Of a DNA stretch of 62,181 bases, positions 8,367 through 19,801 are shown in pieces. The position numbers and the translations under genes were made by a program. Origin of the DNA: Oscillospiraceae bacterium (lineage in GTDB: Bacteria; Bacillota; Clostridia; Oscillospirales; Ruminococcaceae); the NCBI GenBank assembly GCA_051882055.1, contig JBJERB010000025.1:15740-77920 (forward strand). The letters run 5' to 3'. Every line of letters starts with the position of its first letter. Within the stretch, counting starts at the first letter, position 1. Under the pieces are notes generated by a model. The model saw nothing but the letters and a program-made list of their open reading frames with translations, was not told the origin of the DNA and did no database searches.

Positions 8367-9125
8367 TTAGTTTTCTTTAAGCAAATCATTCATCGCATAA
8401 AGTCCTGCAGGTTTTCCTTTTAAGAAAACTGCTGCATTGACAGAACCAACGGCGAATACCGATTTTGAATGTGCTTCATGTTTTAAAGTGATGACTTCAT
8501 CTCTTCCGGCAAAAATTATTTCATGCTCTCCAACAATTGTACCGCCTCTTATAGCATGCATTCCGATTTCATTTTTAGTCCTTTTTGCACGAACCGAATG
8601 CCTATCGTAAACATAGTTATATTTATTATCGGCTTCTTCGTTTATAGAATTCGCAAGCATAATCGCAGTGCCGCTTGGAGCATCAATTTTTTGATTGTGA
8701 TGTTTTTCAACGATCTCAATATCAAACTGATCTCCAAGAACTTTTACGGCTCTCTGAGCCAAATCCGCAAGCAGATTTATGCCTAAAGACATATTAAAAG
8801 TAAAGAAAATCGGTACGCTTTCTGACGCTTTATGTATTTTTTCAATCTGCTCGGAAGAATATCCTGTTGTAGCAATTACTGCCGCAACACCCTTTGTCAA
8901 GCAGTAATCCAACAAATCATCAAGTAATGAAGGATGTGAAAAATCTATAATAACATCTGGCTTTTCCGGAAGATCGTTAAGTTTTTCAACAACAGGAAAA
9001 TCTGCATAGCTTTCAGCAACTTTATCTACTCCTGCAATCACCTTGCAATCGGCACGATTAGAAATAATATCAAAGATTACCCTACCCATTTTTCCGCATG
9101 CTCCGCAAATAGCAATATTAGTCAT
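8367..9125 (-). CDS. dapB: 4-hydroxy-tetrahydrodipicolinate reductase
   Basis: GACGKMG, EKHHNQKIDAPSGTA. Confidence 0.95.
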   Translation of the reverse strand: MTNIAICGACGKMGRVIFDIISNRADCKVIAGVDKVAESYADFPVVEKLNDLPEKPDVIIDFSHPSLLDDLLDYCLTKGVAAVIATTGYSSEQIEKIHKASESVPIFFTFNMSLGINLLADLAQRAVKVLGDQFDIEIVEKHHNQKIDAPSGTAIMLANSINEEADNKYNYVYDRHSVRAKRTKNEIGMHAIRGGTIVGEHEIIFAGRDEVITLKHEAHSKSVFAVGSVNAAVFLKGKPAGLYAMNDLLKEN

Positions 9126-9236
9126 ATTAATTATCCTTTCATATTTGCTGTTAAATTAAAAGGACGAATAATAATTTCATGATGTATTTGGTGAAACCGC
9201 TTACAGCAAAATCCGTATTATTCGCCCATTATTCTT

Positions 9237-10127
9237 TTATTTTACAAGACCGATGGCTTTCATTGATTTTAACAACTTTTCCTTATTGGATTCACTCAAT
9301 TCCACCAACGGCAATCTACACGGACCTGCTTTAAATCCCATTATATTAAGGGCTTCTTTAACAGGAATAGGATTGACGTCACAGAACAATGCATTTGTAA
9401 AGTCAAGCAAACGTGCTGCTTTTTTTCTTGCCTCGTCATACTTGTTCTCAAGGCAAAGCTGACAAATCTCATGTGTTTCAAAAGGCATACAGTTGGAAAG
9501 TACAGAAATAACGCCTTTTCCGCCCAAAGCCATAATAGGTATAATCTGATCATCGTTACCCGAATAAATATCCAGCGAATCCCCGCAAAGTGCTGCTATT
9601 TTAGCAACCTGACTTATGTTACCGCTTGCTTCTTTTACAGCCACAATATTGTCAATCTTTGCAAGTTCAGCACAAGTTTCCGGAGCGATGTTTACTCCGG
9701 TTCTTGACGGAACATTATAAAGAATAATCGGAAGATTTACCGCCTCTGCAATAGCAGAAAAATGCTTAATAAGACCTGCCTGAGAAGTTTTATTATAATA
9801 GGGCGTTACAACTAAAAGTGCGTCAGCCCCAAGCTTCTCGGCTTCTTTGGAAAGGTTAACTGCATATTCGGTGTGGTTGGAACCTGTTCCAGCAATTACA
9901 GGAACTCTTTTATTAACCTTTTCTACAGCATAACGAATACACTCCACATGCTCTTCATCAGTCATGGTAGCACTTTCGCCTGTAGTACCGCAAATTATAA
10001 TTGCATCTGTACCGTTATCAATATTGAAATCAATAAGCTGCCCCAATCTATCAAAATTAATGGAGCCGTCATCATTCATCGGTGTGGCTATAGCAACGCC
10101 TGCACCTGTAAAAATCGTATTTTTCAT
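9237..10127 (-). CDS. dapA: 4-hydroxy-tetrahydrodipicolinate synthase
   Basis: GTTGES, YNVPSRTG, KEASG, NPIPVK. Confidence 0.95.
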   Translation of the reverse strand: MKNTIFTGAGVAIATPMNDDGSINFDRLGQLIDFNIDNGTDAIIICGTTGESATMTDEEHVECIRYAVEKVNKRVPVIAGTGSNHTEYAVNLSKEAEKLGADALLVVTPYYNKTSQAGLIKHFSAIAEAVNLPIILYNVPSRTGVNIAPETCAELAKIDNIVAVKEASGNISQVAKIAALCGDSLDIYSGNDDQIIPIMALGGKGVISVLSNCMPFETHEICQLCLENKYDEARKKAARLLDFTNALFCDVNPIPVKEALNIMGFKAGPCRLPLVELSESNKEKLLKSMKAIGLVK

Positions 10128-10162
10128 AAATGTCTGACCTCCCGAAGTCATAAACTTATATA

Positions 10163-11245
10163 TTAATCAAAATAACCTTTTGCTGCAAGCAGCTCTGCCA
10201 TAAGAACAGCTCCGCCTGCCGCACCTCTTAATGTATTATGTGAAAGACATACAAACTTGTAATCATACTGAGTATCTTCACGAAGTCTGCCGATAGATAC
10301 AGCCATGCCGCCCTCAATGTTCCTGTCCAACTTAGCCTGAGGACGATTATCCTCTTCAAAATAGTAAAGGAACTGTTTTGGTGCTGAAGGAAGATTCAAT
10401 TCCTGAGGAACTCCGCTGAAATCTTTCCAAGCCTGAAGAATTTCTTCTTTAGTCGGCTTCTTTTCAAATGAAGCAAACACTGCAGCGGTATGACCGTCGG
10501 ATACAGGCACTCTCAGACATTGTGTTGTAATTGCAGGCGATTTAGCATTAACTATCTTGTCACCTTCAATGTGTCCCCAGATTTTAAGAGGCTCCTGCTC
10601 TGATTTTTCTTCTTCTCCGCCTATAAAAGGAATTACATTGTCCAGAATTTCAGGGAATGATTCAAATGTTTTTCCGGCTCCTGAAATAGCCTGATAAGTA
10701 CAAGCCAAAGCCTTTGTAACCTTAAATTTTTCCATCAAAGGATGAAGTGCAGGAACATAACTCTGCAATGAACAGTTAGACTTAACTGCAATAAAACCAC
10801 GTTTTGTTCCCAGTCGCTTTCTTTGGGCGTCAATAATTTCAATATGCTCCGGATTGATTTCCGGAACCACCATAGGAACATCAGGTGTGCCTCTATGAGC
10901 TGAATTGTTAGAAACTACCGGACATTCAGCTTTGGCATATGCTTCTTCCAACGCTCTGATCTGATCCTTTGGCATATCAACAGCACAAAATACAAAATCA
11001 ACCATTGATGCGATCTTATCTATGTCAGCAGTCGCATCCATTACCGTAAGTTCTCCGATTTCTTCAGGGATCGGCTCGCTCATAGCCCACTTTGAAGCTA
11101 CTGCGTCTTTTAATTTCTTTCCTGCCGAACGAGGAGAAGCGGCAACGCACACAACATTGAACCAAGGGTGTTTATCAAGAAGCAAAGAAAATCTTTGACC
11201 GACCATACCCGTTGCCCCGATAATACCCACGTTAAATTTTTTCAT
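10163..11245 (-). CDS. asd: Aspartate-semialdehyde dehydrogenase
   Basis: GATGMVGQRF, SNCS, YQAISGAG, HNTLRGAAG. Confidence 0.95.
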   Translation of the reverse strand: MKKFNVGIIGATGMVGQRFSLLLDKHPWFNVVCVAASPRSAGKKLKDAVASKWAMSEPIPEEIGELTVMDATADIDKIASMVDFVFCAVDMPKDQIRALEEAYAKAECPVVSNNSAHRGTPDVPMVVPEINPEHIEIIDAQRKRLGTKRGFIAVKSNCSLQSYVPALHPLMEKFKVTKALACTYQAISGAGKTFESFPEILDNVIPFIGGEEEKSEQEPLKIWGHIEGDKIVNAKSPAITTQCLRVPVSDGHTAAVFASFEKKPTKEEILQAWKDFSGVPQELNLPSAPKQFLYYFEEDNRPQAKLDRNIEGGMAVSIGRLREDTQYDYKFVCLSHNTLRGAAGGAVLMAELLAAKGYFD

Positions 11246-11413
11246 AGCTAAAAACTCCTTTTTCATTATGGCAAAGTTCACGAAAATACATTACAAAGAG
11301 ACGAGAAAATTGCACAAAACATAAAATTTAAACAAACAATAAAAAAACTGGTTGAAAACCAGTTCATCATACAATATAATAAGAATGTTGACACATTAAA
11401 AATGAAATATGTC

Positions 11414-11589
11414 GATAGCACTCCATCATAAGTTATGATGACAACTGGAGTTCTGTTAAAACTACAGTCAGCGTCAGGTTTCCCATGCCCAAGCTTCGGC
11501 AGTCGCACCTTTCACATTTACGAATAAGTCTTGGGAGACCCGGCTTGATTCGCCACGAAAATGCTACTGATTTTGACCGCACCTCTATC
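11414..11589 (-). promoter_or_regulatory. Lysine riboswitch (L-box)
   Basis: Minus strand ATAGAGGTGCG...AGTA...GAAAGG...GCCGAA...GGAGTGCTATC, upstream of asd-dapA-dapB. Confidence 0.9.
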
Positions 11590-11694
11590 TGTTCCTTTTT
11601 ATGATAACAAACAAGGAGGCATATGTCAAGAGGTATTACAAGGAAATTATTAATTTTTTGTAAAATAACACAATATATACACAGGAGATACAAT

Positions 11695-12741
11695 ATGCTT
11701 GATTTGAATAATATGAAAAAATCCGATTTTTATTATGAGTTGCCACAAGAGCTTATTGCTCAGCACCCCATTGAACCGAGAAATGCTTCACGTCTGCTTA
11801 AAGTAGACAGACAATCAGGGGAAATTAAGCATAATCATTTCTATAATTTATGCGATTATCTCAGAAAAGGTGATTTACTGGTCCTGAACGATTCAAGGGT
11901 TCTTCCTGCAAGGATTTACGGCGAAAAAGCTGACAACGGATCTTTTATTGAATTCCTGTTGGTAGAACAACGTGGAAATCTTGAATGGGAAATTCTTTGC
12001 CGTCCCGGAAAAAAAGCAAAAATAGGTACCGAATTCATTTTCGGCGGTGGAAAGTTAAAAGCGGTAATTACCGACATTTTGGAGGACGGCAACCGTATTG
12101 CAAAATTTGAATGCGAAAACAATTTTTTTGCCACGCTTGATGAAATCGGTCAGATGCCCTTACCACCATATATTACCGAAAAGCTTGAGGATAATGAACG
12201 CTATCAGACAGTATATTCAAACGAGCTTGGTTCCTCTGCGGCACCTACTGCCGGTCTGCATTTCACAAAAGAAATGCTTGATGATATACAGAAAAAAGGT
12301 ATAAACATAGGCTACGTGACGCTTCATGTCGGCTTAGGCACATTCCGTCCGGTCAAGGAAGAAAAAGTCCTTGATCACAAAATGCACCGTGAGCATTATG
12401 AGCTTCCTAAAGAAACAGCTGACCTTATAAACAAAACTAAATCCGAAGGCGGACGGGTTATTGCTGTGGGTACAACATCCTGCAGGACACTTGAAAGCGT
12501 GGCAACCTTCAACAACGGTAAGATCGTTCCTTGCGACGGTTATACGGACATTTTTATTTATCCCGGATACAAATTTAAAGTACTTGACGGTCTTATAACA
12601 AATTTTCATCTTCCGGAAAGCACTCTTATAATGCTTGTTTCGGCTTTTCTTGGGTATGATAAAACAATGAACGCTTATAAAACCGCTGTTGAGGAAAAAT
12701 ACAGATTCTTTTCTTTCGGCGACAGCATGATTATTATATGA
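11695..12741 (+). CDS. queA: S-adenosylmethionine:tRNA ribosyltransferase-isomerase
   Basis: [42 protein letters not shown]. Confidence 0.97.
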   Translation: MLDLNNMKKSDFYYELPQELIAQHPIEPRNASRLLKVDRQSGEIKHNHFYNLCDYLRKGDLLVLNDSRVLPARIYGEKADNGSFIEFLLVEQRGNLEWEILCRPGKKAKIGTEFIFGGGKLKAVITDILEDGNRIAKFECENNFFATLDEIGQMPLPPYITEKLEDNERYQTVYSNELGSSAAPTAGLHFTKEMLDDIQKKGINIGYVTLHVGLGTFRPVKEEKVLDHKMHREHYELPKETADLINKTKSEGGRVIAVGTTSCRTLESVATFNNGKIVPCDGYTDIFIYPGYKFKVLDGLITNFHLPESTLIMLVSAFLGYDKTMNAYKTAVEEKYRFFSFGDSMIII

Positions 12742-12745
12742 ATCC

Positions 12746-12965
12746 GGATTTATAAGAGCATAGTTGTTTATCAGTCGGGGCAAACCTTTCTGAAGAAAGG
12801 TTCTTCCCCGAACCCTTTTCCAAAGACTTCTAATTATTTTTTTCATTAGGGGCATTTGCCCCTATGAAAAAAATCGTTAAAAATTTTAGGAAGGGAGTTT
12901 GAGGGAGAACCCTTTTTTAAAAGGGTTTCCCTCAACTAATCAGCAAGTATAGTCCCTATAAATTC
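12746..12965. repeat. ~220-bp imperfect palindrome (REP/MITE-like element) with internal hairpins
   Basis: The left arm aligns along its length to the reverse complement of the right arm, centred on GGGGCATTTGCCCC (12849-12862). Confidence 0.8.
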
Positions 12966-12995
12966 TTATTGATATAACAAGAAAGGAGCGGGAAT

Positions 12996-13370
12996 ATGGA
13001 GATAAATCAATATTTCAAGAGTATAATTGATTCTGATTTACAGTCTGTTGTGATTTGTGATCTCAATCATACAATAATATATATGAACCCTGCTGCAATT
13101 TCCAACTATTCCAAATCCGGTGGAAAATCACTTGTGGGAAAATCAATTTTCGACTGTCACAACAGCGACTCTAAAAACAAAATCGAAAAGGTCGTTGATT
13201 GGTTCATAAAAGATACTTCAAATAACAGAGTATTCACCTTTCACAACAACAAACACAATCGTGACGTTTATATTATAGCTTTAAGGGACAACAATAATAA
13301 TCTTATCGGTTACTATGAAAAACACGAAAGCAGGAACACTGAAACTGAAAACAAATATGATTTAAATTAA
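12996..13370 (+). CDS. Stand-alone PAS-domain protein
   Basis: VVICDLNHTIIYMNPAA, LVGKSIFDCH, LIGYYEKHE. Confidence 0.8.
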   Translation: MEINQYFKSIIDSDLQSVVICDLNHTIIYMNPAAISNYSKSGGKSLVGKSIFDCHNSDSKNKIEKVVDWFIKDTSNNRVFTFHNNKHNRDVYIIALRDNNNNLIGYYEKHESRNTETENKYDLN

Positions 13371-13380
13371 GGAGAACTAA

Positions 13381-14523
<1,143 letters not shown>

Positions 14524-14538
14524 AGGAAAGGACAAAAT

Positions 14539-15102
14539 ATGAGACTGACTGAACTACTACTCCTTGCTATAGGGCTTTCAATGGACGCTTTTGCCGTTTC
14601 GGTAACCAATGGACTGTGCATAAAAAAAATCGGCTGGAAAGGTGCCGCAGCCTGCGGTCTGTGCTTTGGATTGTATCAGGGGCTTATGCCCACTATCGGC
14701 TATGCACTCGGTAAAACCTTTGAAAATTTTATTACCGGTATAGACCATTATATTGCTCTTATTCTTCTTGGCTTTATCGGAGGAAAAATGCTTATAGACG
14801 GTATAAAAAACAAAGATGAAGAAATAAATAACAATACTTCTCTTACATTGGGATTGCTTATGGTTCAGGGAATTGCCACAAGTATCGACGCACTTGCAGT
14901 CGGAGTTAGTTTCGCTGCACTGTCTGTCAACATTGTAAGTGCAGCCACTTTTATTTGCTGTATTACATTTCTATTCAGCTTCTGGGGAGTATTTATCGGC
15001 AAAAAATTCGGAACCATATTAAATAACAAAGCACAAATACTCGGTGGTATTATTCTTATCGGCATCGGAGTTAAAATTTTTATAGAGCATACGTTTTTTT
15101 AA
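14539..15102 (+). CDS. mntP: Manganese efflux pump MntP family
   Basis: LSMDAFAVS and ATSIDALAVG motifs. Confidence 0.9.
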   Translation: MRLTELLLLAIGLSMDAFAVSVTNGLCIKKIGWKGAAACGLCFGLYQGLMPTIGYALGKTFENFITGIDHYIALILLGFIGGKMLIDGIKNKDEEINNNTSLTLGLLMVQGIATSIDALAVGVSFAALSVNIVSAATFICCITFLFSFWGVFIGKKFGTILNNKAQILGGIILIGIGVKIFIEHTFF

Positions 15103-15125
15103 AAATATAGAATATTACTATATTA

Positions 15126-15166
15126 TGACCTTGTCCCGTTATTCAAAAGGGCAAGGTCAGTTTTCT
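15126..15166 (+). terminator. Intrinsic terminator after tgt-mntP
   Basis: TGACCTTG / CAAGGTCA stem followed by GTTTTC. Confidence 0.6.
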
Positions 15167-15405
15167 TCCGACATTTAAGTAAGTACAAGCTCCAACTAAA
15201 AGCATAATATTTCCAACTGTTTAAAAGTAGGGTAACATCTATACTCAGTTATACTGTAAAAGAATTTTGGGATTCTTATGTTTATTGCAACATTCGATTT
15301 TAATTAATTCATAAACATAACGTGTAAATTTAATAATAAAGCCATAAATTTATGATATTATCAACAAGTCGGATTTAATACTTTAAGAAAAGAAATGACA
15401 GAACA

Positions 15406-16065
15406 ATGATTAAACTTATTATTTTTGATTTAGACGGAACTTTAGTTAATTCAATATACGACCTTGCCGACGCTGTTAACGATTCTCTCACAGAACTTGG
15501 ATATCCTACTCACGAAGTGGATAAATATTATCATTTTGTGGGAGACGGTACACTTAAACTATCAGAAAGAGCATTGCCTGAGAATCATAGAAATCAGAAA
15601 GAAATATTACAACTTCACAGTATGTTTTCTGAAAGGTATCAGAAATGCTGTCTTAATAAGACGAAAGCATATGAGGGTATTAATGAAGTCTTACATAATC
15701 TGAAAGAATCCGGTATAAAATGTGCTGTGGCTTCAAACAAGCCTGATAATTTTGTTAAATACATTGTTTCTCAGCTCTTTGGCAATAATACTTTTGATTG
15801 TGTGGTCGGAAAAAAGGATAGCGTTCCGGCAAAACCCGCACCGGATATAATTTATGATATTCTCGGTATATTGAATGAAGATAAAAATAAAACCTTATTG
15901 GCGGGAGATTCCGACGTGGACGTAAAAACTGCACATAACAGCGGAATTAAGTGTATTGGCTGCGTCTGGGGATTTCGTGGGGAAACTGAATTAAAAAATG
16001 CAGGTTCCGACTTTTTTGCTTACAAGCCGTCGGATATTAATAAAATAGTCAACTGCATTTTATAA
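15406..16065 (+). CDS. HAD family hydrolase (phosphoglycolate phosphatase-like)
   Basis: FDLDGTL, SNK, KPAPD, GDSDVD, WGFR. Confidence 0.9.
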   Translation: MIKLIIFDLDGTLVNSIYDLADAVNDSLTELGYPTHEVDKYYHFVGDGTLKLSERALPENHRNQKEILQLHSMFSERYQKCCLNKTKAYEGINEVLHNLKESGIKCAVASNKPDNFVKYIVSQLFGNNTFDCVVGKKDSVPAKPAPDIIYDILGILNEDKNKTLLAGDSDVDVKTAHNSGIKCIGCVWGFRGETELKNAGSDFFAYKPSDINKIVNCIL

Positions 16066-16082
16066 GCGGATGGAGGATAATT

Positions 16083-17741
16083 ATGCTTGAAAACTTTTAC
16101 AAAAGATTTGTAAACGAAGAATTCGATGAAAACGGAGTACTTAGTAAATTTGAATTAAATCTGAAAGATAATTTCAACTTTTCCTATGACGTAATTGATG
16201 AATTAGCTGAAATTGTACCGGATAAAACAGCAATATATTGGGTAAACGAAAACGGCGAGGAACATAAATTTTCTTTTAAAGATTTGAAAGAGAAAAGCAA
16301 TCAGGTCGCCAACATGATGATAGCCCACGGCGTAAAAAAAGGCGATATGGTAATGTCGGTTCTTAAACGTCATTATGAATACTGGTTTTTGGCTTACGGA
16401 CTTATGAAAATGGGAGCAATACTTATTCCGGCTACAAACCAGCTGATGAAAAAAGATTTTACTTATCGTTTTAAATCTGCCGATGTAAAGTATATTGTCG
16501 CAACAGGTGAAGATAATGTTCCGGATCATGTTGACAGTGCTTTGAAAGAATATGACGGAATGATTGAAAAGTTTATCACACATGGTTCAAAAGAAGGCTG
16601 GATTGACTTTTTAAGTGAAATTGATAAGTATCCGAAGACCCTTGAACGTATTCCTAATCGTGTCGATGAACCTATGCTGCTGTATTTCAGTTCAGGCACT
16701 ACAGGATATCCTAAAATGATACTCCACAGATACTCCCTTGCAGCAGCTCATATTATTACAGCAAAGCATTGGCATCACCTTGATGAAAATTCCTTGCATC
16801 TTACTGTTTCCGAAAGCGGATGGGCAAAGTGTGCATGGGGTAAAATGTACGGTCAGCTTATTTGCGGAGCTACTGTATTTATATATGACTTTGACAGGTT
16901 CCATCCTTCGGAACTACTCAAGGTGATTCAGGATTATAAAATCACATCCTTCTGTGCACCGCCGACTATGTATAGATTCTTTATTAAAGAAGGTCTTGAA
17001 AATTATGACCTTTCATCATTAAAATACAGCTGTATTGCAGGCGAAGCTCTTAATCCGGAAGTATTCAATAAATGGTATGAATACACCGGTCTGAAATTAA
17101 TGGAAGCTTTCGGTCAGACAGAAACTGCTGTTATCGTAGGAAATCTGTATGGAATGGAGCCGAAGCCAGGCTCAATGGGTAAACCTACTCCCCTTTACGA
17201 TGTTGATATCGTTGATAAAAAAGGCAAGCCCGTTAATGTCGGCGAAACAGGAGAAATTGTAATCAGAGCTGAAAGAGGAAAACACCCAGCTCTATTCAAA
17301 GAATATTACAGAAACCCTGTTGACTGCGATAAAGCATGGCGATACGGAATATATCATACCGGTGATACCGCATATAAAGATGAGGATGGATACTATTGGT
17401 ATGTAGGAAGAACCGACGACCTTATCAAAGCGTCAGGATATCGTATAGGGCCTTTTGAAATTGAAAGTATCCTCATGGAGCATCCGTCAGTTCTTGAATG
17501 TGCTGTCACTGCCGCTGATGATCCAATCAGAGGAAAGGTCGTAAAAGCAACAATCGTTCTTACAAAAGAATATAAAGATAAAGGCGATGAGGCACTTGTT
17601 AAGGAGCTACAAACTTATGTTAAACAGTCTACAGCACCTTATAAATACCCAAGAATAGTTGAATTTGTGGACGAGCTTCCTAAAACTATAAGCGGTAAGA
17701 TCAGACGTGTTGAAATCAGAGAAAACGATGCAAAGAAATAA
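16083..17741 (+). CDS. AMP-binding acyl-CoA synthetase
   Basis: YFSSGTTGYPK, FGQTET, YHTGD, ELPKTISGKIRR. Confidence 0.9.
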   Translation: MLENFYKRFVNEEFDENGVLSKFELNLKDNFNFSYDVIDELAEIVPDKTAIYWVNENGEEHKFSFKDLKEKSNQVANMMIAHGVKKGDMVMSVLKRHYEYWFLAYGLMKMGAILIPATNQLMKKDFTYRFKSADVKYIVATGEDNVPDHVDSALKEYDGMIEKFITHGSKEGWIDFLSEIDKYPKTLERIPNRVDEPMLLYFSSGTTGYPKMILHRYSLAAAHIITAKHWHHLDENSLHLTVSESGWAKCAWGKMYGQLICGATVFIYDFDRFHPSELLKVIQDYKITSFCAPPTMYRFFIKEGLENYDLSSLKYSCIAGEALNPEVFNKWYEYTGLKLMEAFGQTETAVIVGNLYGMEPKPGSMGKPTPLYDVDIVDKKGKPVNVGETGEIVIRAERGKHPALFKEYYRNPVDCDKAWRYGIYHTGDTAYKDEDGYYWYVGRTDDLIKASGYRIGPFEIESILMEHPSVLECAVTAADDPIRGKVVKATIVLTKEYKDKGDEALVKELQTYVKQSTAPYKYPRIVEFVDELPKTISGKIRRVEIRENDAKK

Positions 17742-17784
17742 ATAATGGGGCTGTTATCAGCCCTGTTTTTTACAAGGAAGTGAT

Positions 17785-18408
17785 ATGATGCTGCTTTATG
17801 AATACCCTCCTGCTTCCGACCGTGCCGGTATACAGCGTAAAGCTATCAGAGATTTGGATGAGCATAAAAAAATGCAGAAAAACATGTATAAAAATCTTCT
17901 TCTCGCAGCACTTATAATAGCTGTTGGATTTCTTGCCAATACGGTTATAATTAAAGTCGTTTTATGGATTATCGGCATCGGAAATGTTATCACTGCCCTT
18001 CTTCTTTATAACGTTTCATCTCTTTCGAGAAATTCAAAAATTTACACTAAAATTTTTGATGATAAAATAGAAAACTGTCAGGCAAGTATTATCTCAAAAG
18101 AACTGACTTATATAACATTCTATTATGATGATTCTCTTGAATCTTATCAAAATAACATAGGCGATTTGCTGGTTAAACTTAAACCCGAATATAAATCGTC
18201 GATTTATGTAGAAGATAAAAGCGGAAAGCGTCAGGTTAAGCCTGAAAACAATATGCTGAAGCTTAGATTTCAGGACACAAAAGCAAAGCTTTTCCTAATT
18301 GAAAATCTTTATGAAAAGATAAACTACCCTCATAAGGATTACAATGTTATCGAAGATGAAGAAGATGAGGATGATAAATGGGATCCTCTTCATAAACATG
18401 GTCTGTAA
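17785..18408 (+). CDS. Hypothetical membrane protein (2 TM segments)
   Basis: 207-aa ORF with RBS AAGGAAG and two hydrophobic segments. Confidence 0.7.
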   Translation: MMLLYEYPPASDRAGIQRKAIRDLDEHKKMQKNMYKNLLLAALIIAVGFLANTVIIKVVLWIIGIGNVITALLLYNVSSLSRNSKIYTKIFDDKIENCQASIISKELTYITFYYDDSLESYQNNIGDLLVKLKPEYKSSIYVEDKSGKRQVKPENNMLKLRFQDTKAKLFLIENLYEKINYPHKDYNVIEDEEDEDDKWDPLHKHGL

Positions 18409-18474
18409 ATGTAAAATTTGTATGAATTCCCCTTGAAAGTCAAAATTAAATGTGTTATACTGATTTTAAACACA

Positions 18475-18712
18475 TTGACCAAGAGAGTAAGCCGATTTGT
18501 GGATTTAAAGAGAGAGAGGCAGCGTTTATTCGCTTTCTGAAAGCCGTCTTATTTCTAAATCTGCCGAAGTTCACTTGCGAGTGGTTACGCCGAAAGTTTT
18601 TAGTAAGCGTAAACGTCATTCTGCGTTAAGGATAAGAGAGTGTTGGCTCTTGACTAATAGGTGGTATAGCAAGATAATGTCTTGTCCTGATTAGTTCGGG
18701 ACAAGATTTTTT
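18475..18712 (+). promoter_or_regulatory. T-box leader with Phe specifier codon
   Basis: AGTA/AGAGA/CTGA stem I motifs, specifier TTC at 18570-18572, T-box-like AGGTGGTATAGC, terminator TCTTGTCC/GGACAAGA-TTTTTT; upstream of pheS. Confidence 0.88.
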
Positions 18713-18744
18713 ATTATATAAATCATTGAAAGGATTGAATAAAT

Positions 18745-19764
18745 ATGAAAGAACAGCTGAAAAGCATTGAAATTCGTGCTAAACAAGAGCTGGAAAAAAT
18801 TACGGAGCAAAAACTGCTTGAAGATTTCAGAGTCAAGTTCCTTGGTAAAAAAGGAGAAATCACCGCAATACTAAAACAAATGGGAAAGCTTTCACCTGAA
18901 GAACGCCCTGTTGTAGGACAGCTGGCAAACTCTGTTCGTACCGATATTGAAGAAGCTATTGCACAAAAGCAAGCTGAGCTTAAATCTGCTATTGCTAAAA
19001 AAAGACTTACATCGGAAACTATTGACGTAACACTTCCGGGTAAAGCACAGAAAATCGGTAAGCCCCACCCTCTTAATGCAGTGCTTTCAGAAGTTGAAGA
19101 AGTATTCCTGGGAATGGGATTTGATATTGTTGAGGGTCCTGAGGTTGAAACGGATCATTATTGCTTTGAGGCTCTGAATATGCCTAAGCATCACCCTGCA
19201 AGAGATACACAGGATACATTTTATATAAATGACAATGTTGTTTTGAGGACCCAGACTTCCAGCGTACAGATTCGTACAATGGAAAAAATGAAACCGCCGA
19301 TCAGAATTATTTCACCGGGAAGAGTTTACCGTTCAGACGCTGTTGACGCTACCCACTCCCCTTTATTCCACCAGATTGAAGGCTTGGTTATCGATAAAGG
19401 TATTACAATGAGCGACCTTAAAGGCACACTTGAAATGCTGATGAAACGTCTTTACGGTGAAGATGCTAAAATAAGACTTCGTCCACACCATTTCCCTTAC
19501 ACAGAACCCTCTGCCGAAGTTGATTTGATGTGCTTCAACTGTCACGGCAAAGGCTGCTCTATGTGTAAAGGCGAAGGTTATGTAGAACTCCTCGGCTCGG
19601 GAATGGTACACCCAAAGGTACTCGAAGGCTGCGGAATAGACCCTGAAATATACAGCGGTTTTGCTTTCGGTATCGGACTTGAGCGTATTACTATGGGCAG
19701 ATATAATATTAACGATATGCGTCTGCTGTATGAAAACGATATGAGATTTCTCGGACAGTTTTAA
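18745..19764 (+). CDS. pheS: Phenylalanine--tRNA ligase alpha subunit
   Basis: [31 protein letters not shown]. Confidence 0.97.
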   Translation: MKEQLKSIEIRAKQELEKITEQKLLEDFRVKFLGKKGEITAILKQMGKLSPEERPVVGQLANSVRTDIEEAIAQKQAELKSAIAKKRLTSETIDVTLPGKAQKIGKPHPLNAVLSEVEEVFLGMGFDIVEGPEVETDHYCFEALNMPKHHPARDTQDTFYINDNVVLRTQTSSVQIRTMEKMKPPIRIISPGRVYRSDAVDATHSPLFHQIEGLVIDKGITMSDLKGTLEMLMKRLYGEDAKIRLRPHHFPYTEPSAEVDLMCFNCHGKGCSMCKGEGYVELLGSGMVHPKVLEGCGIDPEIYSGFAFGIGLERITMGRYNINDMRLLYENDMRFLGQF

Positions 19765-19801
19765 TTGAATCAGATTGAAACGAAAGGTGGATTTATAAAT
19801 T

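Noticed and set aside
9162-9226. Inverted repeat between dapA and dapB (CGAATAATA/TATTATTCG)
   Set aside because: AT-rich stem with a long loop; not enough to call an element.
11278-11693. Short ORFs upstream of asd
   Set aside because: They overlap the lysine riboswitch, which explains the region.
12334-12855. 173-aa minus-strand ORF starting in the palindrome
   Set aside because: Mostly antisense to queA; no transposase motifs.
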